From a virus (lineage: Duplodnaviria; Caudoviricetes), in IMG/VR virus record IMGVR_UViG_3300005686_000008: DNA of 64,000 nt; one strand, written 5' to 3'. The position numbers and the translations under genes are program-made. Numbering within the stretch: the stretch's first letter is position 1; each line of letters begins with the position of its first letter. The notes beneath the pieces were generated by a model that saw only the letters and a program-made list of their open reading frames with translations, did no database searches and was not told the origin of the DNA. Positions 47,099 through 56,595 of this stretch are shown here, in pieces.

Positions 47099-47736
47099 TG
47101 AAAAATGTTCATGAAATAACAGAAATGGCTTTGAAAGCTGGTTCGAATAGCCTTTCGGTGTTTGGCGGAAGATTTGAAGGCGGATATCAATTACAGCAAG
47201 ATATTCAAGAAGTTAGTGAATGTTTGGCTTTTGTGTCAAGCAGGAAGAATACTGTAATGAATTATTTGGAAATAGGCGTAGCTGCCGCTGGTTTTACTAG
47301 GCTTTTTTGCGATGTTATCAACGTAAAAAACGCTTTTCTTATGGACCTTGGGACTCATCCTTCGATTCCTGCTGCGTATCAAGAAAACATAAAGAATTTG
47401 AGACTTTCAGGGAAAATGAGCGCTTTTACTGGCGACAGTCATTCTCCTGAAGCGGAAGAGTGGTTGGAAAAAACTGGTACTAAGTTTGATTTCATCTTTA
47501 TTGATGGAGATCATTCTTATAGCGGGGTTTTACAAGATACATTGCTGGCAATGAAGTTCGCCAGCAAGAGGGCTATGTTTATGTTCCATGACCATGCATG
47601 CGTTGGGGACATCGGGCGACTTTACAACGAAATGAAAAATAGAAGCATTCCGGGCTTTGTTCCAATAAGAGAGTTTGTAAGTAATAGTAATACCAAAAAA
47701 GGTATTGTTCTTTTAGAATACATAGGGAGAGCATAA
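47098..47736 (+). CDS. class I SAM methyltransferase (Methyltransf_24-like)
   Basis: YLEIG...G, GDSH, FDFIFIDGDHSY, FHD. Confidence 0.85.
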   Translation: MKNVHEITEMALKAGSNSLSVFGGRFEGGYQLQQDIQEVSECLAFVSSRKNTVMNYLEIGVAAAGFTRLFCDVINVKNAFLMDLGTHPSIPAAYQENIKNLRLSGKMSAFTGDSHSPEAEEWLEKTGTKFDFIFIDGDHSYSGVLQDTLLAMKFASKRAMFMFHDHACVGDIGRLYNEMKNRSIPGFVPIREFVSNSNTKKGIVLLEYIGRA

Positions 47737-48735
47737 ATGGCTGAAGTTAATATTTATCATATGTCATCTAGGAGGCCTCAAGCGATTGAGATCCTTGTGT
47801 ATTTTTTGAAGAAAGTGAAAAACAAGGACAAGTTCAAGTTCTTTTTCCTATGCGATTATGACATAAATACCAAAGAGCATGATAAGAAGTATGACGATTA
47901 TGCGGCCATTTTATCTAGGGCAGGAGTTAATGTTGAAGTAAGACCAGATTTTGGTCCTCATCGCAACTATATGTCTAAGATAGAGTTTGCTCTAGCTCAA
48001 GATGCTCCGTATTCTATAAAACTTGATGAAGATTGTTTCATGAGCGAAAATGTCATAGACTTCATGATAGAAAATAGAGAGATGCTCAATAATCCTCGAA
48101 ACTATCTTATGACGCCAGTTCTTTCTAACGGTATTCCAACTTGCGATTACTTTTTGCAAGACTTTTTAGCGCCTCATGAAATAGATGAAATTGGAAGATA
48201 TTTTTTGCCAACTTCATTTACAAACATGTGGGGAGTTGATTATAGGTTCCTAAACAAGCACACAGTTAATGCTAAGCATTGGGACTTTGAATCATTCTAT
48301 AACTCTGTTTCAACAATTGGTCCTGCTCATGGTAATAATCATTTCTTCAAGGGCATACATCCTGTTAGAGTGAATTATCAAGCGAATAGAAGAATAAACG
48401 ATTTCATTGTTGGTAAATGGGATAAGTTCTGTACTCCGCCAAAATCTTCTATGCATATAATGCATTCTCAAAAACCATACTTCTGTAATTCTGTATTTAT
48501 GATGAAAACTTCTGTGTGGAGAGACATAAATAGTAGAAAAGATCTCTTCAGAGATGATTATGATGAAGTTCCACTTAATTTGTACAGACAAGAAAAGAGA
48601 TATGATTGGCTATTTATTCGCAATGGATATGCTCTTCATACAATATACAATACAGTCCAAAGATACGATTATGAAAATGAAATAATTGCTTACATAACAA
48701 ACCTCGTTAGAGGAAGAGAGGAATCAGGGATATGA
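47737..48735 (+). CDS. putative GT-A glycosyltransferase
   Basis: NYMSKI, IKLDED (DxD-like), DEVPLN; glycan-locus context. Confidence 0.55.
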   Translation: MAEVNIYHMSSRRPQAIEILVYFLKKVKNKDKFKFFFLCDYDINTKEHDKKYDDYAAILSRAGVNVEVRPDFGPHRNYMSKIEFALAQDAPYSIKLDEDCFMSENVIDFMIENREMLNNPRNYLMTPVLSNGIPTCDYFLQDFLAPHEIDEIGRYFLPTSFTNMWGVDYRFLNKHTVNAKHWDFESFYNSVSTIGPAHGNNHFFKGIHPVRVNYQANRRINDFIVGKWDKFCTPPKSSMHIMHSQKPYFCNSVFMMKTSVWRDINSRKDLFRDDYDEVPLNLYRQEKRYDWLFIRNGYALHTIYNTVQRYDYENEIIAYITNLVRGREESGI

Positions 48736-49307
48736 TGAAGGAATTAGTTTTAGATATAGTTTCATCTTGTAATAAGCCAACCGGCGATTTTCTGCTCGAC
48801 ACTTTGTTTGACAAATATAATGAGGCATCTCCAAGAGACGACTCTCCTGTTTACTATAGGTTCTTGTACGAACTTGGTAAACGTCTAAAAGATAAGCAAC
48901 CAAATCTAATAGAAGTTGGCTGTAAGTACGGAGCGGCTTCTTTGCATTTTCTAAAAGGCGGAGGATATAGGTCTGTTGGAATTGATGTGGCTGATATAGC
49001 AAATATTGGAATGTTTGAGGGTTATAACTTTACATTTAGACAGGATTCTTCTACTAATCCGGATTTAGTTAGTTCGTTGGCTCCTGCTGATTTTGTATTC
49101 ATTGATACAGACCACACCTATGAGCAGACAAAAAGAGAGTTTGAGTTATGGGTTGGCAAGGTAAAACCCGGCGGACTTCTTTTGTTTGATGATATTTTGG
49201 CTAAAGAATATGGATGCGCCAAGTTCTGGCAAGAACTTCAGGGCGATAAAATGGAATTTGAGGAACTTCATCCTGTCGGATGGGGATTTGGAGTATATTT
49301 CTTATGA
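48732..49307 (+). CDS. class I SAM methyltransferase (Methyltransf_24-like)
   Basis: IEVG..YG.AS, DFVFIDTDHTYE, KPGGLLLFDD. Confidence 0.85.
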   Translation: MMKELVLDIVSSCNKPTGDFLLDTLFDKYNEASPRDDSPVYYRFLYELGKRLKDKQPNLIEVGCKYGAASLHFLKGGGYRSVGIDVADIANIGMFEGYNFTFRQDSSTNPDLVSSLAPADFVFIDTDHTYEQTKREFELWVGKVKPGGLLLFDDILAKEYGCAKFWQELQGDKMEFEELHPVGWGFGVYFL

Positions 49308-50035
49308 TGAATATTGTCATACCTATGGCTGGCCGCGGAAAGAGATTTGCGGATGTTGGCTATAAAGATCCTAAACCGTTTATTGACGTTTTAGGTAGAC
49401 CAATGATTTCTCGTGTTATAGAGAATCTAACAACAGATGATATTGATGTTAGCTATACATTTATCTGTTTGAAATCTTTCATTGATGAATATGGAGACCG
49501 TTTCAATGGATTATTGAATGGTCTTAATTTCAATATTGTAACAGTTGATCAAGTTACAAGCGGAGCAGCTGCAACCGTTTTGCTGGCAAAAGAAAAAATC
49601 AACAATAATGACGAGCTAATCATAGCCAATTGCGATCAACTTGTTTTGGATTTATGCTTTATGCATGGTTCAATAGAACATTACAGAAGGAGAGCCGCTC
49701 ATGGTGGTATCCTTTGCTTCCTTAATGACAATCCCAAATGGTCGTATGTAAGAATGAATGGAGATAAAGTTATTGAGGTTGTTGAAAAGCAAGTTGTTAG
49801 TAATTTAGCAACGGTTGGATTGTATTACTACGCTAAGGGTTCATATTTTGTTTCTGCTGCTGAGAGCATGATAGAACATAACATTAGGGTAAATGGAGAG
49901 TTTTATGTTGCTCCTGCTTACAATCTCATGCTTGTATCTGGAATGAAGATCGTTCCTTACATAGTCAATGAAGTAGCCGGGCTTGGAACTCCAGAAGATT
50001 TGGAGAAGTTCATAAATGAAAGTACACAAAATTGA
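49304..50035 (+). CDS. sugar-phosphate nucleotidyltransferase
   Basis: IPMAGRGKRF..GY..PKP.I, GAA.TVL, NCDQ, EK, NGEFY, LGTPEDL. Confidence 0.88.
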   Translation: MMNIVIPMAGRGKRFADVGYKDPKPFIDVLGRPMISRVIENLTTDDIDVSYTFICLKSFIDEYGDRFNGLLNGLNFNIVTVDQVTSGAAATVLLAKEKINNNDELIIANCDQLVLDLCFMHGSIEHYRRRAAHGGILCFLNDNPKWSYVRMNGDKVIEVVEKQVVSNLATVGLYYYAKGSYFVSAAESMIEHNIRVNGEFYVAPAYNLMLVSGMKIVPYIVNEVAGLGTPEDLEKFINESTQN

Positions 50036-50336
50036 TAAGTTTATTAAGGGATGGTTTATTGGCAACTTTGAACCTTCTTTGTTTCATACAGATGATTTTG
50101 AGATATGTTTCAAAAGATTCAGGGCTGGAGAAAAGGAAAGCGTTCATTATCATAAAATAGCCACAGAATACACTCTCGTTACAAGCGGTAAAGTCAGCAT
50201 GAATGGCAACGAATATGAAGAAGGGGATATTGTTGTTGTTGAACCCGGTGAAGTTGTGGAGTTTGTTTCTTTAGTTGATTCTTCTATTATAGCTGTAAAA
50301 GTGCCTTGCGTAAAGAATGATAAATACGAGGTGTAA
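50016..50336 (+). CDS. cupin-fold protein
   Basis: KGWFIGNFEP, HYHK.A.E, GDI. Confidence 0.75.
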   Translation: MKVHKIDKFIKGWFIGNFEPSLFHTDDFEICFKRFRAGEKESVHYHKIATEYTLVTSGKVSMNGNEYEEGDIVVVEPGEVVEFVSLVDSSIIAVKVPCVKNDKYEV

Positions 50337-50338
50337 AC

Positions 50339-50830
50339 ATGAACGAGTTTTTGTTTATAGCGCACAGAGGAAATGTTGACGGCCCTAAGCCTGATTTTGA
50401 AAACAATCCTGAATATATCAACCAAGCTTTGAATAGGATGTTTTACGTTGAAATTGATGTTTGGGTTCATGGCAATAAAATCCTTTTAGGTCATGATGAG
50501 GGTGTTTATCCTTGCGATATAGCTTTACTTGAAAATCCTAGAGCTATTTGCCATGCAAAGAATTTTTCTGCCGTTGAAATGTTCAATAAGAATAAAATGA
50601 TTCATTGGTTTTGGCACGAAAATGATTGTTGCACGCTTACCTCTATGGGTTTAATTTGGGCGTATCCTAATAAGTTGATTGAAGGTTCGATACTGAATCA
50701 GCCAGAATTTGAACAAAAATGGAATATAGAGAGGGCTGTGGCTAAATATAAAGACGATATGAATAGTTGTAGTTTTATAGGTGTTTGTAGCGATTATGTA
50801 CAGTTATTGAAAGAAGCAAAAAATGTTTGA
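50339..50830 (+). CDS. glycerophosphodiester phosphodiesterase-like protein
   Basis: IAHRGN..G, EN, VEIDVW, LGHD, CHAKN, GVCSDY. Confidence 0.8.
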   Translation: MNEFLFIAHRGNVDGPKPDFENNPEYINQALNRMFYVEIDVWVHGNKILLGHDEGVYPCDIALLENPRAICHAKNFSAVEMFNKNKMIHWFWHENDCCTLTSMGLIWAYPNKLIEGSILNQPEFEQKWNIERAVAKYKDDMNSCSFIGVCSDYVQLLKEAKNV

Positions 50831-51506
50831 CTTACTCATCAAGTTTCCAACAAGAGGTCGCCCAGATAAGTTTCGAAATCAGTTTGACAAGTATTACTCC
50901 ATGTTGTCTGGTCAGTTGAAGGTAAAGTTCGTCGTTACGATGGATGCTGACGACCATTGGATGAATAATGATGATATGAAATGGTGGCTGAGTCCCGGGA
51001 ATGGTGGGCGTCAGAATATCTTCTATTATTATGGAGATTCTAAATCTAAGGTGCAAGCCATAAATGCAGATATGCATCAGCATAATGATTGGAGAATCCT
51101 TTTGTTAGCAAGCGATGATATGACTCCCGTAATGCAGGGCTATGATAAGATTATTTATGATGATATGAGTAGAATCTATCCAGATTTTTATGGAGCGCTG
51201 CACTATAATGATGGAAGGGTTGGACAAAGGCTTATAACTCTTTCAATTATGGGTAAGCCTATGTATGATTACTTTGGATACATTTACCATCCAAGTTATA
51301 CGAGCCTGTATTGCGATAACGAGTTCCATGATTCGGTTTATAAGATGAACAAGGCCGCATATATTGATAAGGTTATCATAAAACATGATTGGGTAAACTA
51401 TACTGGCAAGGACCAACTGCATGTAAGGAACGAGTCATTCTATAACAAAGATGGTGTTAACTATGAACGTCGAAAGAAAATAGGCTTCAATCCTCGATTA
51501 CCTTGA
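50823..51506 (+). CDS. putative GT-A glycosyltransferase
   Basis: KFPTRGRP, KV.AIN, LASDDM, Y.SLYCDNE. Confidence 0.7.
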   Translation: MFDLLIKFPTRGRPDKFRNQFDKYYSMLSGQLKVKFVVTMDADDHWMNNDDMKWWLSPGNGGRQNIFYYYGDSKSKVQAINADMHQHNDWRILLLASDDMTPVMQGYDKIIYDDMSRIYPDFYGALHYNDGRVGQRLITLSIMGKPMYDYFGYIYHPSYTSLYCDNEFHDSVYKMNKAAYIDKVIIKHDWVNYTGKDQLHVRNESFYNKDGVNYERRKKIGFNPRLP

Positions 51507-51521
51507 TTTTTGTGAAACGCG

Positions 51522-51549
51522 CAAGATGCTCTTATGTTATCTCCGAAAA
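51522..51549 (+). promoter_or_regulatory. putative promoter CAAG-N16-TCCGAAAA
   Basis: CGCGCAAG...CGA with the same spacing as at 28985-29013. Confidence 0.4.
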
Positions 51550-51583
51550 ATGTATGTTCTAGCATTTTACGGGGAGAATACAT

Positions 51584-51949
51584 ATGAAGAAGAAGCTTGG
51601 TAAGAAAATAGCCAAAAAGGGAGATAAACAACTTAAGACTAAAAAAGGCAAGAGAAGGGCAAAGGTAATCAAGGTAAAAGCAATTGGGATGGAGATGGAC
51701 AAGATATACTCCATCATAAGCGAATGTCAAACTTCTAGAATAGAACAAGAACTTATTGTAGACCCCATAGATTTTCCAGTCGTAGAACATATTCTAAAAG
51801 ATGGGGAAATGACATTTTCAAAGCGCGAAAAATTAGACGGTATACATTATACGATACAGCCGCCTCCTGAAGTTGTTACTTCAGATGATATGTATATCTT
51901 TGATGAAGAATTGGAAAATGAACTTAAAGATGAAGACCAGTGTTTCTGA
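51584..51949 (+). CDS. hypothetical protein, basic N-terminus and acidic C-terminus
   Basis: SD GGGGAG. Confidence 0.6.
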   Translation: MKKKLGKKIAKKGDKQLKTKKGKRRAKVIKVKAIGMEMDKIYSIISECQTSRIEQELIVDPIDFPVVEHILKDGEMTFSKREKLDGIHYTIQPPPEVVTSDDMYIFDEELENELKDEDQCF

Positions 51950-51984
51950 ATATTGGTGAATCTCAGTTTGGTGTCGGTAAAGGC

Positions 51985-51992
51985 GTCGATGT
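51985..51992 (+). promoter_or_regulatory. putative -10 element GTCGATGT
   Basis: Intergenic instance of the motif, upstream of the SD AAGGAG of 52019. Confidence 0.4.
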
Positions 51993-52018
51993 AGCATAAG
52001 CAATAAGGAGAAATACGA

Positions 52019-52444
52019 ATGCTGATTAGAACCGTAAACACTTACTTCGGTCCACAAGGTGAAAAAATAGAAGAGCTTCCGTTGATTGATGCAGAAACCG
52101 GAATGGTTGCAACTGATGAGCAAATGAAAGAGCTTACAGAAGAGGAGCCAAAGTATGCGTATTTTGGTGTTTTACAGATACCTGTTGGGGTTAGCGTTCC
52201 AACCCCGAATGGCCCCTTGATGATTGATGTAAGGCCGCAAGACGTTCGTTTTCAGATAGAAGCTGCTTCTAGGAAAGAAGCTTTTGAAAAGTTTGCAGCA
52301 GGCGCAGATTTGGTTCTTGCAGATCTCAAGAAGAAGCAAGAAGAACAAGAGGCGAAGAGAAGCGAGGCAAGAAGGGGCTTGATTGTCCCTAACGCAGCGC
52401 AGTCAGAAGCGATCAATAAGCTCAAGCTCGTTACTGAAGAATAA
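52019..52444 (+). CDS. hypothetical protein
   Basis: Strong SD AAGGAG. Confidence 0.7.
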   Translation: MLIRTVNTYFGPQGEKIEELPLIDAETGMVATDEQMKELTEEEPKYAYFGVLQIPVGVSVPTPNGPLMIDVRPQDVRFQIEAASRKEAFEKFAAGADLVLADLKKKQEEQEAKRSEARRGLIVPNAAQSEAINKLKLVTEE

Positions 52445-52458
52445 TTGGAGGCCTTCTA

Positions 52459-53535
52459 ATGAAGTTTGAAAATGCCCTGGGAGAGCCATATTCTCCGATA
52501 TCATGGCTTACCTTCAATGATGTCTTGCTAAAGCCTCATAAGTCTAGATTCAAGTCAAGAAATGATAAAGGAATCTCTTTAGAGACTAGTATCTTTCCAA
52601 GTGTATCGTTAAAAGTTCCAATCATTAGTTCTAATATGGATACCGTTACGGGTTCTAATATGGCGCAAGAAATGTGCCGTCTTGGAGGCCTGGGTATCCT
52701 TCATCGTTTTCATGAATGTTACGAAGATTACTATTCAATGATTGATGATGTTTATTCTACATGCGGAAGGGTTGCATTTAGCGTTGGTTGCGGAGATGAT
52801 TGGTTTAGATTTTCTGAACATGCAATTTCAATGGTTGGCGAAGAAAACGCAATAATCTGCTTAGATGTTGCGCATGGTCATATGGAGCAAAGCGTTGAAA
52901 TGGTTCAAAGATTGAAGCATCTTAATGTTTCAGTTATAGCTGGAAACGTAGCTACTCCCGATGGAGCTGTTGAACTTGCCGCTGCGGGAGCAAAATGCAT
53001 TAAGGTTGGAGTCGGTTGCGGCTCTGTATGTACTACAAGGATAGTTACAGGGCATGGGGTTCCTCAGTTGTCTGCTATTATTAACGCTAGAAAAGATTTG
53101 GATGCATTAGGATTTGAAGATGTTAGCATTATAGCTGATGGAGGTATTAGGAATAGCGGAGATATCATAAAATCGCTTGCCGCTGGAGCTCAAGCTGTAA
53201 TGCTTGGCAGTATGCTTGCTGGTTGCGATGAGACTCCGGGAGAGATATTTACTCTTGCGAAAGGCCCATTCAAGATGTATAGAGGGCAATCTTCTAGGCA
53301 TTTCTTGAAAGATATAGGCAAAATTGATGTTGCTGCTGAGGGAGAGTCGATAGAAGTTGAGGCTAAGGGTCCAGTAAATGCAATAGTTACTGAACTCCTT
53401 GGAGGCGTTCGTTCTGGTTTTACATATTCAGGCGCAGGTAGTATTAAAGAACTACAAGAAAAAGCTGTGTTTATAGAGATTTCACATCATGGTTGGGTCG
53501 AAAGTACCCCGCATGCGATAACCAGAGTTCATTAA
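52459..53535 (+). CDS. guaB: IMP dehydrogenase / GMP reductase family (no CBS domain)
   Basis: [57 protein letters not shown]; GuaB versus GuaC not resolved. Confidence 0.85.
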   Translation: MKFENALGEPYSPISWLTFNDVLLKPHKSRFKSRNDKGISLETSIFPSVSLKVPIISSNMDTVTGSNMAQEMCRLGGLGILHRFHECYEDYYSMIDDVYSTCGRVAFSVGCGDDWFRFSEHAISMVGEENAIICLDVAHGHMEQSVEMVQRLKHLNVSVIAGNVATPDGAVELAAAGAKCIKVGVGCGSVCTTRIVTGHGVPQLSAIINARKDLDALGFEDVSIIADGGIRNSGDIIKSLAAGAQAVMLGSMLAGCDETPGEIFTLAKGPFKMYRGQSSRHFLKDIGKIDVAAEGESIEVEAKGPVNAIVTELLGGVRSGFTYSGAGSIKELQEKAVFIEISHHGWVESTPHAITRVH

Positions 53536-53597
53536 GGAAAGAGGAATCTGTATTTTCATGCAGTTGTGTAGATTGCAAAATATAGAAGATTAATGGG

Positions 53598-54005
53598 ATG
53601 ACAATAATGAAGGCTCAATACGAGAAAGTTGTTCGTTTGATTTGTGGAGACAACTGGAATTCTGATGAGATTTCCTATGATGAGAGGGATGGTGGTTTTG
53701 GAGTTGCGATTTGCCTTGCTTGTTTGCAGGGTTGTAGCTTCAAGCCATCTGAAATAGCAGATAATATCGGTTGTTCGGTGCATGCTATTGAGTATGCTTA
53801 TAAGAGACTTCAACTCAACGGGGTCTTTGTGCAGAATTCATCTATACTAGGAGATCCCGCTCTCCTTATGAGTAATGCTAATTCCGAAGAGGAAATGATG
53901 AATTCTGTTAGGGCGTGGTGTCATATCGCTGGACTTGCTTCTGGGTTTGTTGGTAGAGGTTTTTTGAGAACCGATAATGCCCAGAGCAGAAGGGGAGCGA
54001 GATGA
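53598..54005 (+). CDS. hypothetical protein, HTH-like
   Basis: PSEIADNIGCS..AIEYAYKRL...G. Confidence 0.55.
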   Translation: MTIMKAQYEKVVRLICGDNWNSDEISYDERDGGFGVAICLACLQGCSFKPSEIADNIGCSVHAIEYAYKRLQLNGVFVQNSSILGDPALLMSNANSEEEMMNSVRAWCHIAGLASGFVGRGFLRTDNAQSRRGAR

Positions 54006-54006
54006 A

Positions 54007-54603
54007 ATGTCAAATATATCACTTGCTTCAAAGGTAGCAATCGCTTTTCTTAAACCATTTCGTTCTTATTTAGATGGTAGGAATAAGATATTGGAAAAAA
54101 GAAAAGATATTGAGCAAGAGGTTCGAGAGAAAACCGATCTTATTGCGGAATCTACGAAGAAATATAACCCGCATATCAGCGAAGAAAGATTGGCTTACGC
54201 AAAAGAAGGCTTTATTGCCATCAATATGCATCTTGTTGACACTTATGATAAGTGCTATGATAAGGTTTTGCCTGAAGTTATAGATCTTCTTACAATGGAT
54301 TTGGAAAAGGAACTTAAGAAGTCATTTACTAATGACGAACTTAGGCATCTTATAGACATACTTGCAGATCCTGCATTAAAGAAACTTCTAGAGAACAAAG
54401 ACCTTTTTGGTTTGTTGAAAAAATGCGAGTTTCTTCTTGAGCATAAGCTCAAATTACAAACAATGTATAGTTCTGTGGAACCTGAAGAAATTGTAAAGAT
54501 TACTGATATGTTAAGAGGTCTTAGAGATAGGTTCAATATCAAAGATGACAGGGAAAACATTGATCCAGAAGGCGATGAAGAGAATTTCTGGCAAGACGAG
54601 TAA
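54007..54603 (+). CDS. hypothetical protein
   Basis: ORF track; in-operon. Confidence 0.6.
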   Translation: MSNISLASKVAIAFLKPFRSYLDGRNKILEKRKDIEQEVREKTDLIAESTKKYNPHISEERLAYAKEGFIAINMHLVDTYDKCYDKVLPEVIDLLTMDLEKELKKSFTNDELRHLIDILADPALKKLLENKDLFGLLKKCEFLLEHKLKLQTMYSSVEPEEIVKITDMLRGLRDRFNIKDDRENIDPEGDEENFWQDE

Positions 54604-54606
54604 CAA

Positions 54607-56595
54607 ATGGCTAAATATCTAGTAATAGTTGAATCCCCAGAAAAGGCGAAAAAGATAGGGGTCTATCTTGGTAAAGACTACAAAGTTATGGCCTCCGTTG
54701 GTCATGTTATTGATTTGCCTGCAAAGGGTCTTAATGTTGACATCAAGAAAAACTTTACGCCTAGCTATGGAGTTATGCCTGGTAAAGAGGATGTTGTTAG
54801 AACCATTGTAAAGGCTTCGGAAGATGTTGATCTTGTATATTTAATGAGCGACCCAGATAGGGAAGGCGAAGCTATTGCTTGGCATATCAGTCGTCAACTT
54901 CCTAAAGGTAAGGCTTTCAAAAGAGCAAAAACAAATAGTATTACCAAACAAGCCATTCAAGATGCAATAGCAAATGCCGCAGATATAGATTATGATTTGG
55001 TAGATAGTTACGAAACGAGACGTATACTTGATAGGCTTGTTGGTTATAAGTGCAGTTTTATAACAACTACTGCGACTGGCGGAAAGTCTGCCGGTAGGGT
55101 TCAAAGCGCTGCTTTGAGAGTTTTGGCTGAAAGAGAAAAAGAAATCAAGTCATTCGTTCCTCAAGAATATTGGGAAATTCATGCCGAACTTCTTTCGCCT
55201 AAGAAAGACAAGATAGTTGCTGCTCTTGTAGATCCAGATAAGATGGATGTAAAGAATAAAGAGCAAGCCGACGTAATAGTTGCTGGATTGAGAAATAAGA
55301 TAGCCACAGTAACGAAGTATGATAGCAAAGAGGTATATGTATCGCCTAGAGCGCCATTTACAACTTCTACGCTTCAGCAAACCGCAGCATCTATTCTTGG
55401 ATGGGATCAAGATAAGACAATGAAAGTTGCTCAATCTCTTTACGAGAATGGGCATATTACTTACATGAGGACTGACTCTGTTACCATTGTTCCTCAAGTT
55501 ATATCTGATACAAGAAACTATATTCAAACGAATTTTACCAAAGATTATCTTCCAAAGACAGCAATGTTCTATAGCAATAAAGCCACCGCTCAGGCGGCTC
55601 ACGAGGCTATTCGTCCTGTAGATATAACGGTAACTCAGGTTTCTAGCGATGCGGATTCTAGAAAGCTTTACGATTTGATTTGGAGAAGAACAGTTTCGAG
55701 TCAAATGGAAAAGGCAAAAAATCTTGCCGTATCTGCTCGTTTCAAAGTTGATAAATATGAGCTTGGCGCTAATGGTAGCGTTTCTTTGTTTGATGGATGG
55801 AAGAAAGTTTGGCATTGGTCTGCTGGTGAAGATAGGCCATTGCCTTTGCTCAATGTTGGCGATCCTTGTGATGTTATAGATGTTACATCTGAGCAAAAGT
55901 TTACTCAGCCGCCATCTCGTTATACCAAATCCTCTATTACAAAAATGTATGAGGAGACTGGCATTGGTCGTCCAAGCACTTATGCTAGTATTACAAAGAC
56001 GCTTAAGGCTCGCGGCTATATTGACCTAACTGGTAATTCATATGTTGTTACCGAGTTGGGATTGAAGGTTTGCGATTTCCTAGTAAAATCAGACTTCTGT
56101 TTTATGGATTTGAAGTTTACTTCTAATATGGAAGAGAAGTTAGATAAAATTGGAGAAAAAGAGCTAAAGAAGCTTGGCGTGCTTACTGAATTTTGGGATA
56201 GACTCAAAGGCGATATAAATAACGCGACAAAGACTAAGCAGCAACTGGCCGCTACGGATTTTGATTGTCCGAAATGCGGTAAAGTAAAACTTGTCAAGAA
56301 ACATGGTAAGTTTGGAGAGTTTTTCGCTTGTACAGATAAAGAGTGCAAGTTTACTGCGAATATTGGCGAGGATGGAAAACCTCAAGAGAGAGTCCCTGTT
56401 GTAAAGGTTTATGGCAAAGAACCATGTCCTCAATGCGGCGAGAAAATGATTCTTCGAAAAGGCAAGTTTGGAGATTTCTATGGATGTAGTAAGTATCCAA
56501 AATGCAGGGGCATGAGAAACTCCGAAGAAGAAGAAATCAAGCCTAAAGACCCATCAACAAAGCCAAAGTTTTTCTTTAGGAGAAAGAAAAAATGA
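54607..56595 (+). CDS. topA: DNA topoisomerase I (type IA) with zinc ribbons
   Basis: LVIVESP.KAK, SVGHV.DL, DPDREGEAIAWH, SAGRVQS, ITYMRTDS, AHEAIRP, GIGRPSTYA, C4 zinc ribbons. Confidence 0.97.
   Translation: MAKYLVIVESPEKAKKIGVYLGKDYKVMASVGHVIDLPAKGLNVDIKKNFTPSYGVMPGKEDVVRTIVKASEDVDLVYLMSDPDREGEAIAWHISRQLPKGKAFKRAKTNSITKQAIQDAIANAADIDYDLVDSYETRRILDRLVGYKCSFITTTATGGKSAGRVQSAALRVLAEREKEIKSFVPQEYWEIHAELLSPKKDKIVAALVDPDKMDVKNKEQADVIVAGLRNKIATVTKYDSKEVYVSPRAPFTTSTLQQTAASILGWDQDKTMKVAQSLYENGHITYMRTDSVTIVPQVISDTRNYIQTNFTKDYLPKTAMFYSNKATAQAAHEAIRPVDITVTQVSSDADSRKLYDLIWRRTVSSQMEKAKNLAVSARFKVDKYELGANGSVSLFDGWKKVWHWSAGEDRPLPLLNVGDPCDVIDVTSEQKFTQPPSRYTKSSITKMYEETGIGRPSTYASITKTLKARGYIDLTGNSYVVTELGLKVCDFLVKSDFCFMDLKFTSNMEEKLDKIGEKELKKLGVLTEFWDRLKGDINNATKTKQQLAATDFDCPKCGKVKLVKKHGKFGEFFACTDKECKFTANIGEDGKPQERVPVVKVYGKEPCPQCGEKMILRKGKFGDFYGCSKYPKCRGMRNSEEEEIKPKDPSTKPKFFFRRKKK

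Noticed and set aside
30007-51506. Glycosyltransferases as a DNA hypermodification system
   Set aside because: No thymidylate synthase/hydroxymethylase or T4-type DNA glucosyltransferase is seen in the window. The many ordinary MTases argue for largely canonical bases.
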